Shown: piece after piece, positions 50,104-59,385 of the stretch
Numbering within the stretch: the stretch's first letter is position 1
Layout: each line of letters starts with the position of its first letter
Assembly (NCBI GenBank): GCA_041690395.1
Contig: JAWLHJ010000006.1
Span: 166,530-230,529 of the forward strand
DNA length: 64,000 nt
Source: Longimicrobiales bacterium
GTDB taxonomy: Bacteria > Gemmatimonadota > Gemmatimonadetes > Longimicrobiales > Gaopeijiaceae
Direction: 5' to 3'
Position numbers and translations under genes: made by a program
The notes under the pieces: model-generated
The model's database searches: none
Seen by the model: only the letters and a program-made list of their open reading frames with translations
What the model was told of the DNA's origin: nothing

Positions 50104-50921
50104 GTCTTCCCGAGGGATACTCCCGCATGAGCTCGGAGGCCGTGCATGTCTTCGCCTGGGACGACGCGCGCGAGTGGGCCGAGGAGGCGCTGGAGCGGTA
50201 CGGCACCCTGGCCGCGTGGGCCGCATCGGCTCCGGAAGCCCGGAGGCTCACGGGTCGCGGCACGGTTCTCGTCGTGGACGCCCCCGTCCCCGGCCCCGAC
50301 GCGCGGGCGCGCTGGGTCGTCCGGCACTACCTGCGCGGCGGCGCGGTCGCCGCGCTGCTCCGGGACCGCTACTTCGACGTCGGGACGTCACGACCCGAGC
50401 GGGAGCTCGAGGCTTCGAGCACGGCGCGGGCGCGTGGCCTCCCCACCCCGGCGGTGGTGGCAGGCGCGACCTATCCCGCCGGCACCATGCGCTACCGTGC
50501 CGATCTCGTCACCGAGCTCGTGCCCGACTCCGTGGACCTGGCACGGGTGCTCTTCGAAGCGCCGTCCGCCGGACGCGATCCGTCGGACGATGCTCCCGCG
50601 CCGCCGAGCCGGCGCGACGCGCTCCGGGCAGCCGGGGCGCTCGTGGTCCGCACGGCCAGGGCCGGCGTGAGACACCCCGACCTGAACGCTCGGAACGTGG
50701 TGCTTCGTCAGGGCGACGACGGGGTCGAGGCCCACCTCGTGGATCTCGATCGCGGCCGGATCCGGAGCACGCCGCGGCCCTCCGACGCCCGCGTCATGCG
50801 GGAGCGCTTGGCGCGCTCGCTCCGCAAGCTGGGTCGCGGCTACGGCAGACCGCTGGGCGACGAGGACTGGCAGGCGCTGACGGACGGCGTCTCCGCCGCA
50901 CGCTCCGAGGTGTCCCGATGA
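50100..50921 (+). CDS. kdkA: Kdo/LPS kinase (KdkA family)
   Basis: VRHYLRGG, RPERE, YRADLVT, HPDLNARNV, LVDLDR, RLARSLRK. Confidence 0.8.
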   Translation: MSLPEGYSRMSSEAVHVFAWDDAREWAEEALERYGTLAAWAASAPEARRLTGRGTVLVVDAPVPGPDARARWVVRHYLRGGAVAALLRDRYFDVGTSRPERELEASSTARARGLPTPAVVAGATYPAGTMRYRADLVTELVPDSVDLARVLFEAPSAGRDPSDDAPAPPSRRDALRAAGALVVRTARAGVRHPDLNARNVVLRQGDDGVEAHLVDLDRGRIRSTPRPSDARVMRERLARSLRKLGRGYGRPLGDEDWQALTDGVSAARSEVSR

Positions 50922-51988
50922 GCGGCGAGGCGATGGGCGGCGAGGCATGGACGGGACCGCCGCCCCGGGAGATCTGCATCGTCATGCTGTCGGCCATCGG
51001 CGACGCCGTCCACGTGCTGCCGGTCGCCAACGCGCTCAAGCGCGCCTGGCCCGACACCCGCATCACCTGGATCATCCAACCGGTTCCGCACCGACTCGTC
51101 GAGGGCCACCCGGCCATCGACGACTTCGTGGTGTTCCGGCGGCGTTCCGGGTGGAGCGCGTGGACATCGTACCGCGATCTCCGGCGGGAGCTGGCCGAGC
51201 GCTCGTTCGATCTGCTGATCGGGCTTCAGGTGTACTTCAAGGCCGGGCTGATCACCGGGTTGGTCCCCGCGCGGGTCAAGCTCGGCTTCGATCGCCGGCG
51301 GGCCCGGGACGCGCAGTGGCTCTTCACGAACCGCAGGATCCCGGCGCGCGAGCCGCGGCACGTGCAGGATCAGTATTTCGAGTTCCTCCACGCCCTGGGC
51401 ATCGACGAGCATCCGGTGGAGTGGGGTATCGACTTCACCGACCGTGAGCGTGAGGCGCAGCGCGCCTTCTTCGACGGCCTCGACCGCCCCGCGTGCGCCG
51501 TGGTCGTCGGGACGAGCAAGCTCGAGAAGAACTGGACGCCCTCCGGATACGCACGCGTGCTCGAGGCGGTCGAGCGCGAGCATGGGCTCCGGCCCGTGCT
51601 GGTGGGCGGGCCCTCCGTGGTCGAGCGCCGCATCGCGGACGAGGTGATCGCCCTCACGGACGCCACGGTGGTCGACGCGCTGGGGGACGACCTTCGGCGC
51701 CTGACCTGGATCCTCGACGGAAGCGAGCTCCTGGTCTCGCCCGACACCGGCCCGCTCCACATCGCGCGCGCCCTCGGCACGCCGGTGGTCGGACTGTTCG
51801 GCTACACGAACCCGAAGCGGACCGGCCCGTACCGTGCGTTCGAGGACCTCGTCGTGGACGGCTATGCCGAGTATCCGGGCGAGGATTACCCGCTCACGCA
51901 CCACTACCGCGACGGGATGAAGCGCGTGACGGTGGAGGCCGTGCTGGAGAAGGTGGCGCTCGCGATGGAGCGCTACGTCACCCGCTGA
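50918..51988 (+). CDS. Glycosyltransferase family 9 (LPS heptosyltransferase-like)
   Basis: LSAIGDAVH, DTGPLHIA, PVVGLFG; ATGA overlap at 50918. Confidence 0.9.
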   Translation: MSGEAMGGEAWTGPPPREICIVMLSAIGDAVHVLPVANALKRAWPDTRITWIIQPVPHRLVEGHPAIDDFVVFRRRSGWSAWTSYRDLRRELAERSFDLLIGLQVYFKAGLITGLVPARVKLGFDRRRARDAQWLFTNRRIPAREPRHVQDQYFEFLHALGIDEHPVEWGIDFTDREREAQRAFFDGLDRPACAVVVGTSKLEKNWTPSGYARVLEAVEREHGLRPVLVGGPSVVERRIADEVIALTDATVVDALGDDLRRLTWILDGSELLVSPDTGPLHIARALGTPVVGLFGYTNPKRTGPYRAFEDLVVDGYAEYPGEDYPLTHHYRDGMKRVTVEAVLEKVALAMERYVTR

Positions 51989-52523
51989 GCCACCACGCCT
52001 TCGCGGCGAGGAACGCGAAGGCGGCCACGCCGCCGAGCAGGGCCTCCCACTCGCGGTTGCGTCGATACTGCTCCCCGCGGAACCCTGCGGTCCGCACATC
52101 CGCGTCGGGACGGTAGGGGGTCAGGCGCGGCAGGAAGGCGGGCACGGCGCGTGCGTACGCCCGGTAGCGCTCGCCGTAGAGTTCGGTGAGGCGCCCGGCT
52201 TCGGCGGCCATCGTGCGGGCGTAGACGCCCGTGAAGAAGAGGACGAACACGGCCGGCCAGATCCAGTGCCCGCCCGCCGCCGTCACTCCGATTCCGATCA
52301 GGAACGACCCCAGGTACAACGGGTTCCGCGTGAACGCGTACGGGCCGGAGACCGTGAGTTGGCTCTCCTTGTGGATCGTGCCGGCCGCCCAGGCGCGCAC
52401 GCCGAGGCCGAGCGCGGCCACGGCCGCGCCCACGGCGAGCAGGCTCCAGGTGGGGCGTGCCAGGATCAGGAACGGCACGACGAGCAGCCAGACGGCCTTG
52501 AGGCGCAGGCGGTTCAGATTCAC
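51978..52523 (-). CDS. ICMT/PEMT-family membrane methyltransferase
   Basis: L-x-x-SGPYAFTRNPLYLG, E-x-x-x-L...YG-x-x-Y-x-x-Y...VPAFLP. Confidence 0.85.
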   Translation of the reverse strand: MNLNRLRLKAVWLLVVPFLILARPTWSLLAVGAAVAALGLGVRAWAAGTIHKESQLTVSGPYAFTRNPLYLGSFLIGIGVTAAGGHWIWPAVFVLFFTGVYARTMAAEAGRLTELYGERYRAYARAVPAFLPRLTPYRPDADVRTAGFRGEQYRRNREWEALLGGVAAFAFLAAKAWWLSG

Positions 52524-52560
52524 GGGACCGTCGGGTATGCGTGGAACGGTGCGGAGCGGG

Positions 52561-53499
52561 TCAGCGGGATCCGCGCGGGTCTCGCGCCGCCGCGGCGCGG
52601 GCTTCTGCGACCCGCTCGCGGGAATCCGGATGGAGCGGCACGCCCTCCTGGATCGACCGGAGATGCAGCGTCAGCGATCCCGGGAACTTGGGGATGTTCG
52701 ACTTCATGTAGACGAGGATCCGGCGCTCGTCGTCGGTGAAGTGCAGTTCCGCGTCGCCCCCCTGGCCGAAGAGCCCGTCCGTCCTGATGACGGGCTTCAC
52801 GACGACGGTGTTGAAGGTACCGACCGCCGTCTCGCGACGATCCTTCCTCACCACCTGGATGATGACGGGGTTGCCGTCCTCCTTGAAGTACCGGTCGAGG
52901 GTATAGACGTCGCCGACTTCGAGGGGAAGCGTCCGGATGTAGTAGATGAACGCGATGTCGTCGAGCGGGATCTGCGAGCCCAGGTCACCGAACTCGTCGT
53001 TGTCCTGCCGCTCCCACGTTCCCCGCTCCGGAAAGAACTCGAAGTGCCGGAAGCTCTCGTAGTTGACCTGATGCACGTCGCGGATGAAGCGCCAGCTCTG
53101 GAGGGTGTAGACGTCGAACCAGGTGGCGTACTGGTCGTCCACCTTGAGGCCCATGAGCGATCCCTCGATGCCCATGACCGCCCGGTACGTCTCGTTGCCC
53201 CGTACGGTATCCACCGGATGCACGCTCATGTGGCCCTGGCCGACGCCGAAGATGCCGACCTTCACGTCGTAGACCAGGTGCTCGCCCGGTCCGAACGGCG
53301 CGGGCGCCACGTAAGGATTCTCCGCGAGCGCTTCGGGAACCACCGGCGGGTCCTCCTCCGGTAGCTGGGCGGAAAGGCCGGGCGCGAGGGCGAGCAGGGA
53401 CAGGCCGAGAAGGGCCAGACCCGGCACGACCGGACCGAGCGAGACCAGACCCAGCAGGGACGAGCCGCGCGGGAGGGCGGTCGAGCGGCGGGCGGTCAT
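52561..53499 (-). CDS. DUF3108-like periplasmic protein
   Basis: Signal peptide, PFGPGEHLVY, AFIYYIR, E-x-x-VGTF-x-T, FTDDERRI. Confidence 0.75.
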   Translation of the reverse strand: MTARRSTALPRGSSLLGLVSLGPVVPGLALLGLSLLALAPGLSAQLPEEDPPVVPEALAENPYVAPAPFGPGEHLVYDVKVGIFGVGQGHMSVHPVDTVRGNETYRAVMGIEGSLMGLKVDDQYATWFDVYTLQSWRFIRDVHQVNYESFRHFEFFPERGTWERQDNDEFGDLGSQIPLDDIAFIYYIRTLPLEVGDVYTLDRYFKEDGNPVIIQVVRKDRRETAVGTFNTVVVKPVIRTDGLFGQGGDAELHFTDDERRILVYMKSNIPKFPGSLTLHLRSIQEGVPLHPDSRERVAEARAAAARDPRGSR

Positions 53500-54260
53500 C
53501 ACGCGGCCTCTGGCGGCGCTTCGGACCACTCCGAGCGCCGCAGCTTGAAGAGGGACACGAAGGTCGGCCAGGCCTTGAAGCGCGACGGACGCTGCCGGAG
53601 GTCGTACCGGAGCGTCAGGGGCGCCTCGGCGACCCGCCGGGCGTGCGGTACGAGACAGCCGAGCATCTCCACGTTGGCCGCCCACCCGTCGGACGTCGTC
53701 AGGAAGCGGTCCTCCGGGAGGTCGCGGAACGCCTTCTTCAACACGATCACCCGGTAGGCGCGCATGCCCGACAACGGATCGGAGACGGGCGCGGTCCGGA
53801 GCAGCCGCCGCAGAAAGATGCCGCTGAGCCGGCGGGCCCAACGCACGCCTTCCGGCGGCTCCACGGCCTGGGTGGCGTCCCGGTCCTCGTGGCCGGCGAC
53901 GATGTCCGCGCCACCCTCGAAGACCTTCACGAGCGAGACCATGTCCTCGGGGTTCTCGGTGAAGTCGCCCTGCATGACGACCGCGCAGTCCCGCTTGGGA
54001 TAGGGAGATACTTCCGCGACGTGGCGAAGGAGCTTCTCCACCGAGCGCCCGTACCCCTGGCGCTCGCCCGACCGGAGCACGGTCAGAGGGAGCGCGCGAC
54101 GATACCGCTCGAGCACTTCGATCGTGTCGTCGCTCGACGCGTCGTCGTGGACCACGATCCGGTAGTCACGACCGAACTCGCCCATGACCTTGCGGATCTT
54201 CCACAGGAGCACGCCGACGGTCGAAGCTTCGTCGTGGACGGGAATGCAGACGTAGATCAA
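53499..54260 (-). CDS. Glycosyltransferase family 2
   Basis: VCIPVHDE, VHDDASSDDT, QGYG, GADIV, DPLSGMRAYR. Confidence 0.88.
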   Translation of the reverse strand: MIYVCIPVHDEASTVGVLLWKIRKVMGEFGRDYRIVVHDDASSDDTIEVLERYRRALPLTVLRSGERQGYGRSVEKLLRHVAEVSPYPKRDCAVVMQGDFTENPEDMVSLVKVFEGGADIVAGHEDRDATQAVEPPEGVRWARRLSGIFLRRLLRTAPVSDPLSGMRAYRVIVLKKAFRDLPEDRFLTTSDGWAANVEMLGCLVPHARRVAEAPLTLRYDLRQRPSRFKAWPTFVSLFKLRRSEWSEAPPEAA

Positions 54261-54332
54261 GGCTCGTGTACCTCGGGATGCGATGCTGAACCCCGGTGGG
54301 GGGCGGCGCGCGGGCAGCCGGGCCCGGCGATG

Positions 54333-55289
54333 TCAGCGTTCATTGCGTTGTACCGGGTCCGCGCCGACCGGTTCCTCGGGCGGGCGGGTCTTCCACCGCT
54401 TATGCTGCCAGAAATACTGCTCCGGATGGGCGCGCGCGGCGTCTTCGACGGCAGCCATGTAGGCCGCGGTGAAGGCCTCCAGGTCGCGCTCGAAGTCCCC
54501 CGTGTGCTCCACCTCCAGGAGGTCGAGCCGGACACGGTACGACTGCCGCCACCCCGGACGCCGCACACCGAAGCCGATGAACACCGGGACGCCCGTGCGG
54601 AGCGCGAAGGTCGCCGGCCCCCGCGCGCTCGCCGCGAGCCGGCCGAAGAACGGCACGAACACACCGTTCCGGTGGGCGTTCTGGTCCCCGACGATCGCGA
54701 CCACGCGCCCCCGGCGCAGGGCCCGGAGCACGCGCCTCGGGGCGTCCCCCATCTCCACGACCCGCATCCCGAGGCGCTCCCGCGTACCGAAGAGCTCGCG
54801 CTCGAAGTCGGGGTTCGCCATCCCCTTCGCCACCACATCGATGGGAACGCCGCGGGCGGCCACCGCGGCCCCTCCCACCTCCCAGTTGCCGAGGTGCCCC
54901 GTCAGCAAGAGCGCTCCTCCCCGGTCCTCGACAGCCGCCTTCAGGGCGTCGAGACCCGACACCTCCGTGCGCTCGAGAACGCGATCGGGCGACCACCCGC
55001 CGAGACGGAAGAGCATCACGGCCTCGCGGGCCAGGTGTCGGTAGCTGGCCCGGGCCACCCGGTCGCGGCGACGGCGGTCCCAGTCCGGGAATGCCAACTC
55101 GAGGTGCCGGTCCACGTCGGCGCGCCGGACGCGCAGCACCGATCCGGCCACGGCACCGAGAACCGCCGCGACCGCCACGGCGAGGCGCTCCGGCACGAGG
55201 GACACCACGGCCCGCAGCACGCGGAACAGGACGAACTCGGCGCGGTGGGCCAGCGTGGGCCGGCGCCCCCGCCCGTCCCCGTTCGTCAC
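54333..55289 (-). CDS. lpxL: Lipid A late acyltransferase (LpxL/HtrB family)
   Basis: GHLGNWE, GDQ, VPFFG, PEQYFWQHKRWK; GTGA overlap with the ABC transporter stop. Confidence 0.88.
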   Translation of the reverse strand: MTNGDGRGRRPTLAHRAEFVLFRVLRAVVSLVPERLAVAVAAVLGAVAGSVLRVRRADVDRHLELAFPDWDRRRRDRVARASYRHLAREAVMLFRLGGWSPDRVLERTEVSGLDALKAAVEDRGGALLLTGHLGNWEVGGAAVAARGVPIDVVAKGMANPDFERELFGTRERLGMRVVEMGDAPRRVLRALRRGRVVAIVGDQNAHRNGVFVPFFGRLAASARGPATFALRTGVPVFIGFGVRRPGWRQSYRVRLDLLEVEHTGDFERDLEAFTAAYMAAVEDAARAHPEQYFWQHKRWKTRPPEEPVGADPVQRNER

Positions 55290-57121
55290 GACCCGTCGAC
55301 CTCCGCCGACGCGGCGTCGCGGAACTGGAGCTCGTAGAGTCGACGGTACGCGCTCTCTTCGGCCATCAGCGAAGCGTGCGTGCCGCGCTCCACGATCCGG
55401 CCATCGTCCATGACCAGGATCTCGTCGGCCCGCTGGACCGTGGAGAGCCTGTGCGCGATCACGAAGACCGTCCGCCCCTCGAGGAGTCGCTCGATGGCGT
55501 CCTGCACGAGCCGCTCCGACTCGGTGTCGAGCGCGCTCGTGGCCTCGTCGAAGATCAGGATGGGGGGATCCTTCAGGAGGGCCCGCGCGATGGCGATGCG
55601 CTGGCGTTGCCCTCCGGACAGCTCGACCCCCCGCTCCCCGACGACCGTCTCGTACCCGTCGGGCATCTGCATGATGAAGTCGTGCGCGTGCGCGGCCCGG
55701 GCCGCGGCCTCGATCCGGGCGTCGTCCGCGTCCGGCTGCCCGTAGGCGATGTTGGCCCGTACCGTATCGTGGAAGAGCACGGTGTCCTGCGACACGATGC
55801 CCATCAGCGAGCGGAGGTCGGAGATCCGGACGTCGCGCACGTCGGTCCCGTCGATGGTCACGCGCCCCGACGTCACCTCGTAGAAGCGGCCGACCAGGTC
55901 GACGATGGTGCTCTTGCCGGCCCCGCTCGGTCCGACGATGGCCACGACCGTCCCCTTCGCGACGCGGAAGGAGACGCCGTCCAGCACGGGCTCTCCGGCT
56001 CGGTACGAGAACCCGACGTCCTCGAAGGCGATCTCCCGCTCGAAGCCGTCGAGCGGACGGGCATCGGGCGCGTCGTCGATCTCGACGGGCGCGTCGAGGA
56101 ACTCGAGGACGCGCTCCACCGCGACCAGGCCGGGCTGCGCGGTCGCCGGGAACTTCGCGACGTTCTTCACCGGAGCGTACAGCTTGAGCGACAGTCCCAG
56201 AAAGCCGACGAACTCGGCACCGGCGAGCTCCCCGCCCACGACCAACCGGGCGCCGAACCAGAGGAGGATCCCGGTGCCGGCCGCCGCCAGCATCTCGGTC
56301 ATCGGCGCGGCGGCCGCCCGCGCCAGCTCCGCCCGGAGGAACTGGTGGAAGTATCCTCCGGTGAGGCCCCGGAAGCGTTCCCGCTCCCGCTCCTCGGCCG
56401 ACGAGGACTTCACCAGCCGGATCCCCGCGAGCGTCTCCTGGATGTGCGCGTTGACCTCGCCGCCCAGGTGGAGCACCCGCCGGTCGCGCCGCCGTAGCAC
56501 CTTCACGAGCGGGCCCCAGATGATCATGGCGCCCGGGATGACCACGAAGGCGGCGATCGTGAGCTTCCACGAGATGAGCAGCATGGCGGTGAGCGCCACG
56601 GCGAACTCGAAGACCGACCCGACCAGCTTGCTCAGCTCCGCCGTGACGAGCGTGCGTACCTGCTCGACCTCGGTGGTGAGGCGGCTCACGATCTGGCCCA
56701 TACGGACCTTCCCGAAGAACGCCAGGTCGAGCCGCATGAGGTGGTCGTACACGGCGTTCCGGAGATCCCGGTTCACGCCCTGCTCCGCCCTCGCCACCAG
56801 ATAGGTCCGCGCGAACAGCACCACGTTCTTGGCCAGGAACACGAACAGGATGAGCACGATGATCCGGTTCACGGCCGTGAGCGGATCGCCGGACGGATCG
56901 GCCCACTGGTAGACCGTGGCGTCGAGCAGCCGGTCCATCGCGCTGTCGCTGCGGTCGAGCGTCGCCCCGCCCGAGACGAAGAGCGCGTCCACGAACGGGA
57001 TCAGCAGGACGTACACGGCGGCGTCGAGCACCGCGAACACCGCGGTCGCGACGATCGCCGCGACCAGCACCGGCGTGTGGGGCTTCAGATAGGGGAGCAG
57101 GCGGGACGGACCGGACTTCAA
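55286..57121 (-). CDS. msbA: MsbA-like lipid A exporter (ABC TMD+NBD)
   Basis: Six-TM domain, GPSGAGKS, LSGGQRQR, DEATSALD, IAHRLST; adjacent to the lipid A acyltransferase. Confidence 0.82.
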   Translation of the reverse strand: MKSGPSRLLPYLKPHTPVLVAAIVATAVFAVLDAAVYVLLIPFVDALFVSGGATLDRSDSAMDRLLDATVYQWADPSGDPLTAVNRIIVLILFVFLAKNVVLFARTYLVARAEQGVNRDLRNAVYDHLMRLDLAFFGKVRMGQIVSRLTTEVEQVRTLVTAELSKLVGSVFEFAVALTAMLLISWKLTIAAFVVIPGAMIIWGPLVKVLRRRDRRVLHLGGEVNAHIQETLAGIRLVKSSSAEERERERFRGLTGGYFHQFLRAELARAAAAPMTEMLAAAGTGILLWFGARLVVGGELAGAEFVGFLGLSLKLYAPVKNVAKFPATAQPGLVAVERVLEFLDAPVEIDDAPDARPLDGFEREIAFEDVGFSYRAGEPVLDGVSFRVAKGTVVAIVGPSGAGKSTIVDLVGRFYEVTSGRVTIDGTDVRDVRISDLRSLMGIVSQDTVLFHDTVRANIAYGQPDADDARIEAAARAAHAHDFIMQMPDGYETVVGERGVELSGGQRQRIAIARALLKDPPILIFDEATSALDTESERLVQDAIERLLEGRTVFVIAHRLSTVQRADEILVMDDGRIVERGTHASLMAEESAYRRLYELQFRDAASAEVDGS

Positions 57122-57155
57122 CGTGTTCTCGGTTCGTTGAGGAGAGGGCGTGGCT

Positions 57156-57431
57156 AGAAGGGTGTTGAAGGAGTGGGGTGGGTCGCGTTGGGAGCGCCAC
57201 AGCCCCAGATCCTAGGCGGCACGACGAAGGCATAGCAACGCGCTACGTCGAGGAGTGCCAACAACGGAGATGGGGCTGTGCCGCCCCAACCCGCAGGGCA
57301 CGAGGGGGTTGCGGCACTATACTGCGTCATCCTTCCGCCCCGGTCTTACTACATCGCATTCGTCGCTCTTCCTTGTACGATACCCGCAAGACCCTCGTGC
57401 GCGGCGCACCCCACTCCTTCAACACCCTTCT
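57156..57431. mobile_element. MITE-like non-autonomous element (276 bp, 25-bp perfect terminal inverted repeats)
   Basis: AGAAGGGTGTTGAAGGAGTGGGGTG (57156-57180) is the exact reverse complement of 57407-57431; no convincing ORF inside; two internal long hairpins. Confidence 0.72.
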
Positions 57432-59002
57432 TACCTGGGCGTCAGGCTCGCGACCGGCACGATCATCTCCTCGGGGCTGATGCCGCCGTGGAGGAACGAG
57501 TTCCGGTAGCGGGCCTGGTACTCCCGAAGCTTCGTGGGATATACCAGGAAGTAGTCGTCGAGCGTGATCAGATACGTCATGCCGAGCTTGCCGGCGGGGA
57601 GCCGAAGGTCTCCGGCGTCGCTGGTGACGTACGCGGTCGACGAGTCCTCGACCCTCAGATCCTGCCCGAACTTGTAGCGTAGGTTGCTGGTGGCGTCGCG
57701 GCGGGCGAACACGGTGGCCGGCCGGTGGCAGAGGATCGAGCCGTGATCGGTCGTGAAGACCACCTTGTGACCGTTCGCTGCCGCCTCCCGGAGCACCTGG
57801 TATGCCGTCGAGCGCTCGAACCAGGAGCGCGTCAGGTCGCGGAGCGCCGCCTCGTCCCGGGCCACCTCCATGAGGATGGGCGACTCGGAGCGGCCGTGCG
57901 TCATCAGGTCGACGAAGTTGAAGACCATGGCGACCACGGTCCCGGGCGTCTTGATCGCCGAGTTCACGCGGGCCCGAACCTGATCGCCCTGCCGGTCCGA
58001 GAAGATCTTCTCGTAGTGGACGGGCACCCGCCTGCCGGTGAGCCGCTCGAGCTGCTCGATGAGGAGCTCGTCCTCGAAGGCGTTCAGGCTGCCCTCGTCG
58101 TCCGAGGAGTCCCACCAGCCCGGTCGCTGACGCGCGATCTCGTCGGGGAAGAGGCCGCTGAAGATCGCGTTGCGCGCGTAGGGACTGGCCGTCGGAAGGA
58201 TCGAGTAGTGGTACGTCTCCTCGATGTCGAAGTGCTCGGCCAGCAGCGGAAGGATCGTGCGCCACTGGTCGAGGCGCATGCAGTCGAGGACCACGAAGTA
58301 GACCGGGTCGTTCCCGAGTTTGGGCACCAGGAAGTTCCGCACCAGATCGACCGACAGGAGCGGCCGCTCGTCGTCCGGAGCGCGCATCCAGCGGGGGTAC
58401 GCGCGCATGGCCCAGATGCCGAAGTCGCGCCGGAGGTCGACCATCATGGCGCGGAGCGAGTCGAGCAGACCGGTCTCGCCCGAGTCCGTGAGCCGCAGGT
58501 CCCAGTCGACCATCTCCGTGTAGACGGCCACGAAGTCCTCGGCCGACTGGGCGTCCTGGGCGCGCCTGGACAGCTCGCCGAAGCGGCCCGCGAAGTCCTG
58601 CGCGACGCGCTGCTGGCGGATGGAAGACCCCTCGAGGATGCGCGTGACGACCGACAGGACCTGCCGAGGGCTCGTCGGCTTGACCAGGTAGTCGTCCACC
58701 CGGCGGCCGATGGCCTCCGTCATGGTGTGGTCCTCCTCCGACTTCGTGACCATCACCACGCGCTGGTGGGGATCGTGGCGCCGGAGGATCTCCAGGACCT
58801 CCAGGCCGCGCCGCCCGGGCATCTGCTCGTCGAGGAGCACGAGATCGTACGGCTGCTCGCGCAGGAGCTCGAGGGCGTCGTCGCCATTCGGAATGGCGTC
58901 CACGTGGTAGCCGCGCGCCTGCAGGAAGAGCAGGTGCGGCTTCAGGAGATCGACCTCGTCGTCGACCCAGAGGATCCGTTTGGCGGGGCGCGTCGTCTGC
59001 AT
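57431..59002 (-). CDS. porX: PorX-like response regulator (receiver + PglZ/alkaline-phosphatase domain)
   Basis: ILWVDDEVDLLKPH, LLDEQMPG, TKSEED, LDCMRLDQW, LPTASPYARNAIFSG, NFVDLMTH, TTDHG, HGGISPEEM. Confidence 0.85.
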   Translation of the reverse strand: MQTTRPAKRILWVDDEVDLLKPHLLFLQARGYHVDAIPNGDDALELLREQPYDLVLLDEQMPGRRGLEVLEILRRHDPHQRVVMVTKSEEDHTMTEAIGRRVDDYLVKPTSPRQVLSVVTRILEGSSIRQQRVAQDFAGRFGELSRRAQDAQSAEDFVAVYTEMVDWDLRLTDSGETGLLDSLRAMMVDLRRDFGIWAMRAYPRWMRAPDDERPLLSVDLVRNFLVPKLGNDPVYFVVLDCMRLDQWRTILPLLAEHFDIEETYHYSILPTASPYARNAIFSGLFPDEIARQRPGWWDSSDDEGSLNAFEDELLIEQLERLTGRRVPVHYEKIFSDRQGDQVRARVNSAIKTPGTVVAMVFNFVDLMTHGRSESPILMEVARDEAALRDLTRSWFERSTAYQVLREAAANGHKVVFTTDHGSILCHRPATVFARRDATSNLRYKFGQDLRVEDSSTAYVTSDAGDLRLPAGKLGMTYLITLDDYFLVYPTKLREYQARYRNSFLHGGISPEEMIVPVASLTPR

Positions 59003-59159
59003 CGCCCTGGAAGGTAACGGTCCAGGGGCGGTCGCACCGCCGACGTCGCAAACAGCGCGGGGCGCGGAGGGGGCTCGGTGCGGAGGACTCGGCGGGGAGG
59101 GCTCGGCGCCCGGTGCCCCGGGCCCGAGGGACGCAGCGTTCGAGCGCACCGCGACGGCT

Positions 59160-59355
59160 GGCGCCGGGGACAACTGCACGATCGTGTCGTGGTCGCGCGT
59201 TCCATGCGTGCTTTTCCCCGCCAGGCGGGGCGAACTGCACACTCGCGTGCGTCAGAGGAGCGCGTTGCGCCCTTTTCCTCGCTGGGCGGGGTCAACCCTC
59301 CATGTCGCGTCTCGGGGCTGCACGATCGTGTCGTTCTCCCCGCTGGGCCAGGACC
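59160..59355. repeat. Degenerate ~60-bp intergenic repeat
   Basis: Exact CTGCACGATCGTGTCGT at 59174 and 59318; TTTTCC(C/T)CGC(C/T)(A/G)GGCGGGG-like motif near 59212, 59273 and 59334. Confidence 0.5.
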
Positions 59356-59385
59356 CCGCCGGGACGCGGCGCCAGGCGTCGCGGA

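Noticed and set aside
50174..50917. Apparent long N-terminal fusion on the GT9 ORF
   Set aside because: Out-of-frame overlap with the Kdo kinase; the real start is ATG 50918.
55290..57233. Apparent 966-aa acyltransferase fusion
   Set aside because: Alternative frame over the MsbA-like gene; the acyltransferase starts at 55289.
57431..59002. BREX defence system suggested by the PglZ domain
   Set aside because: The domain is fused to a receiver as in PorX; no brxC, pglX or brxL nearby.
59160..59355. CRISPR array
   Set aside because: Repeats are few and degenerate, lack a constant repeat-spacer structure, and no cas genes are present.
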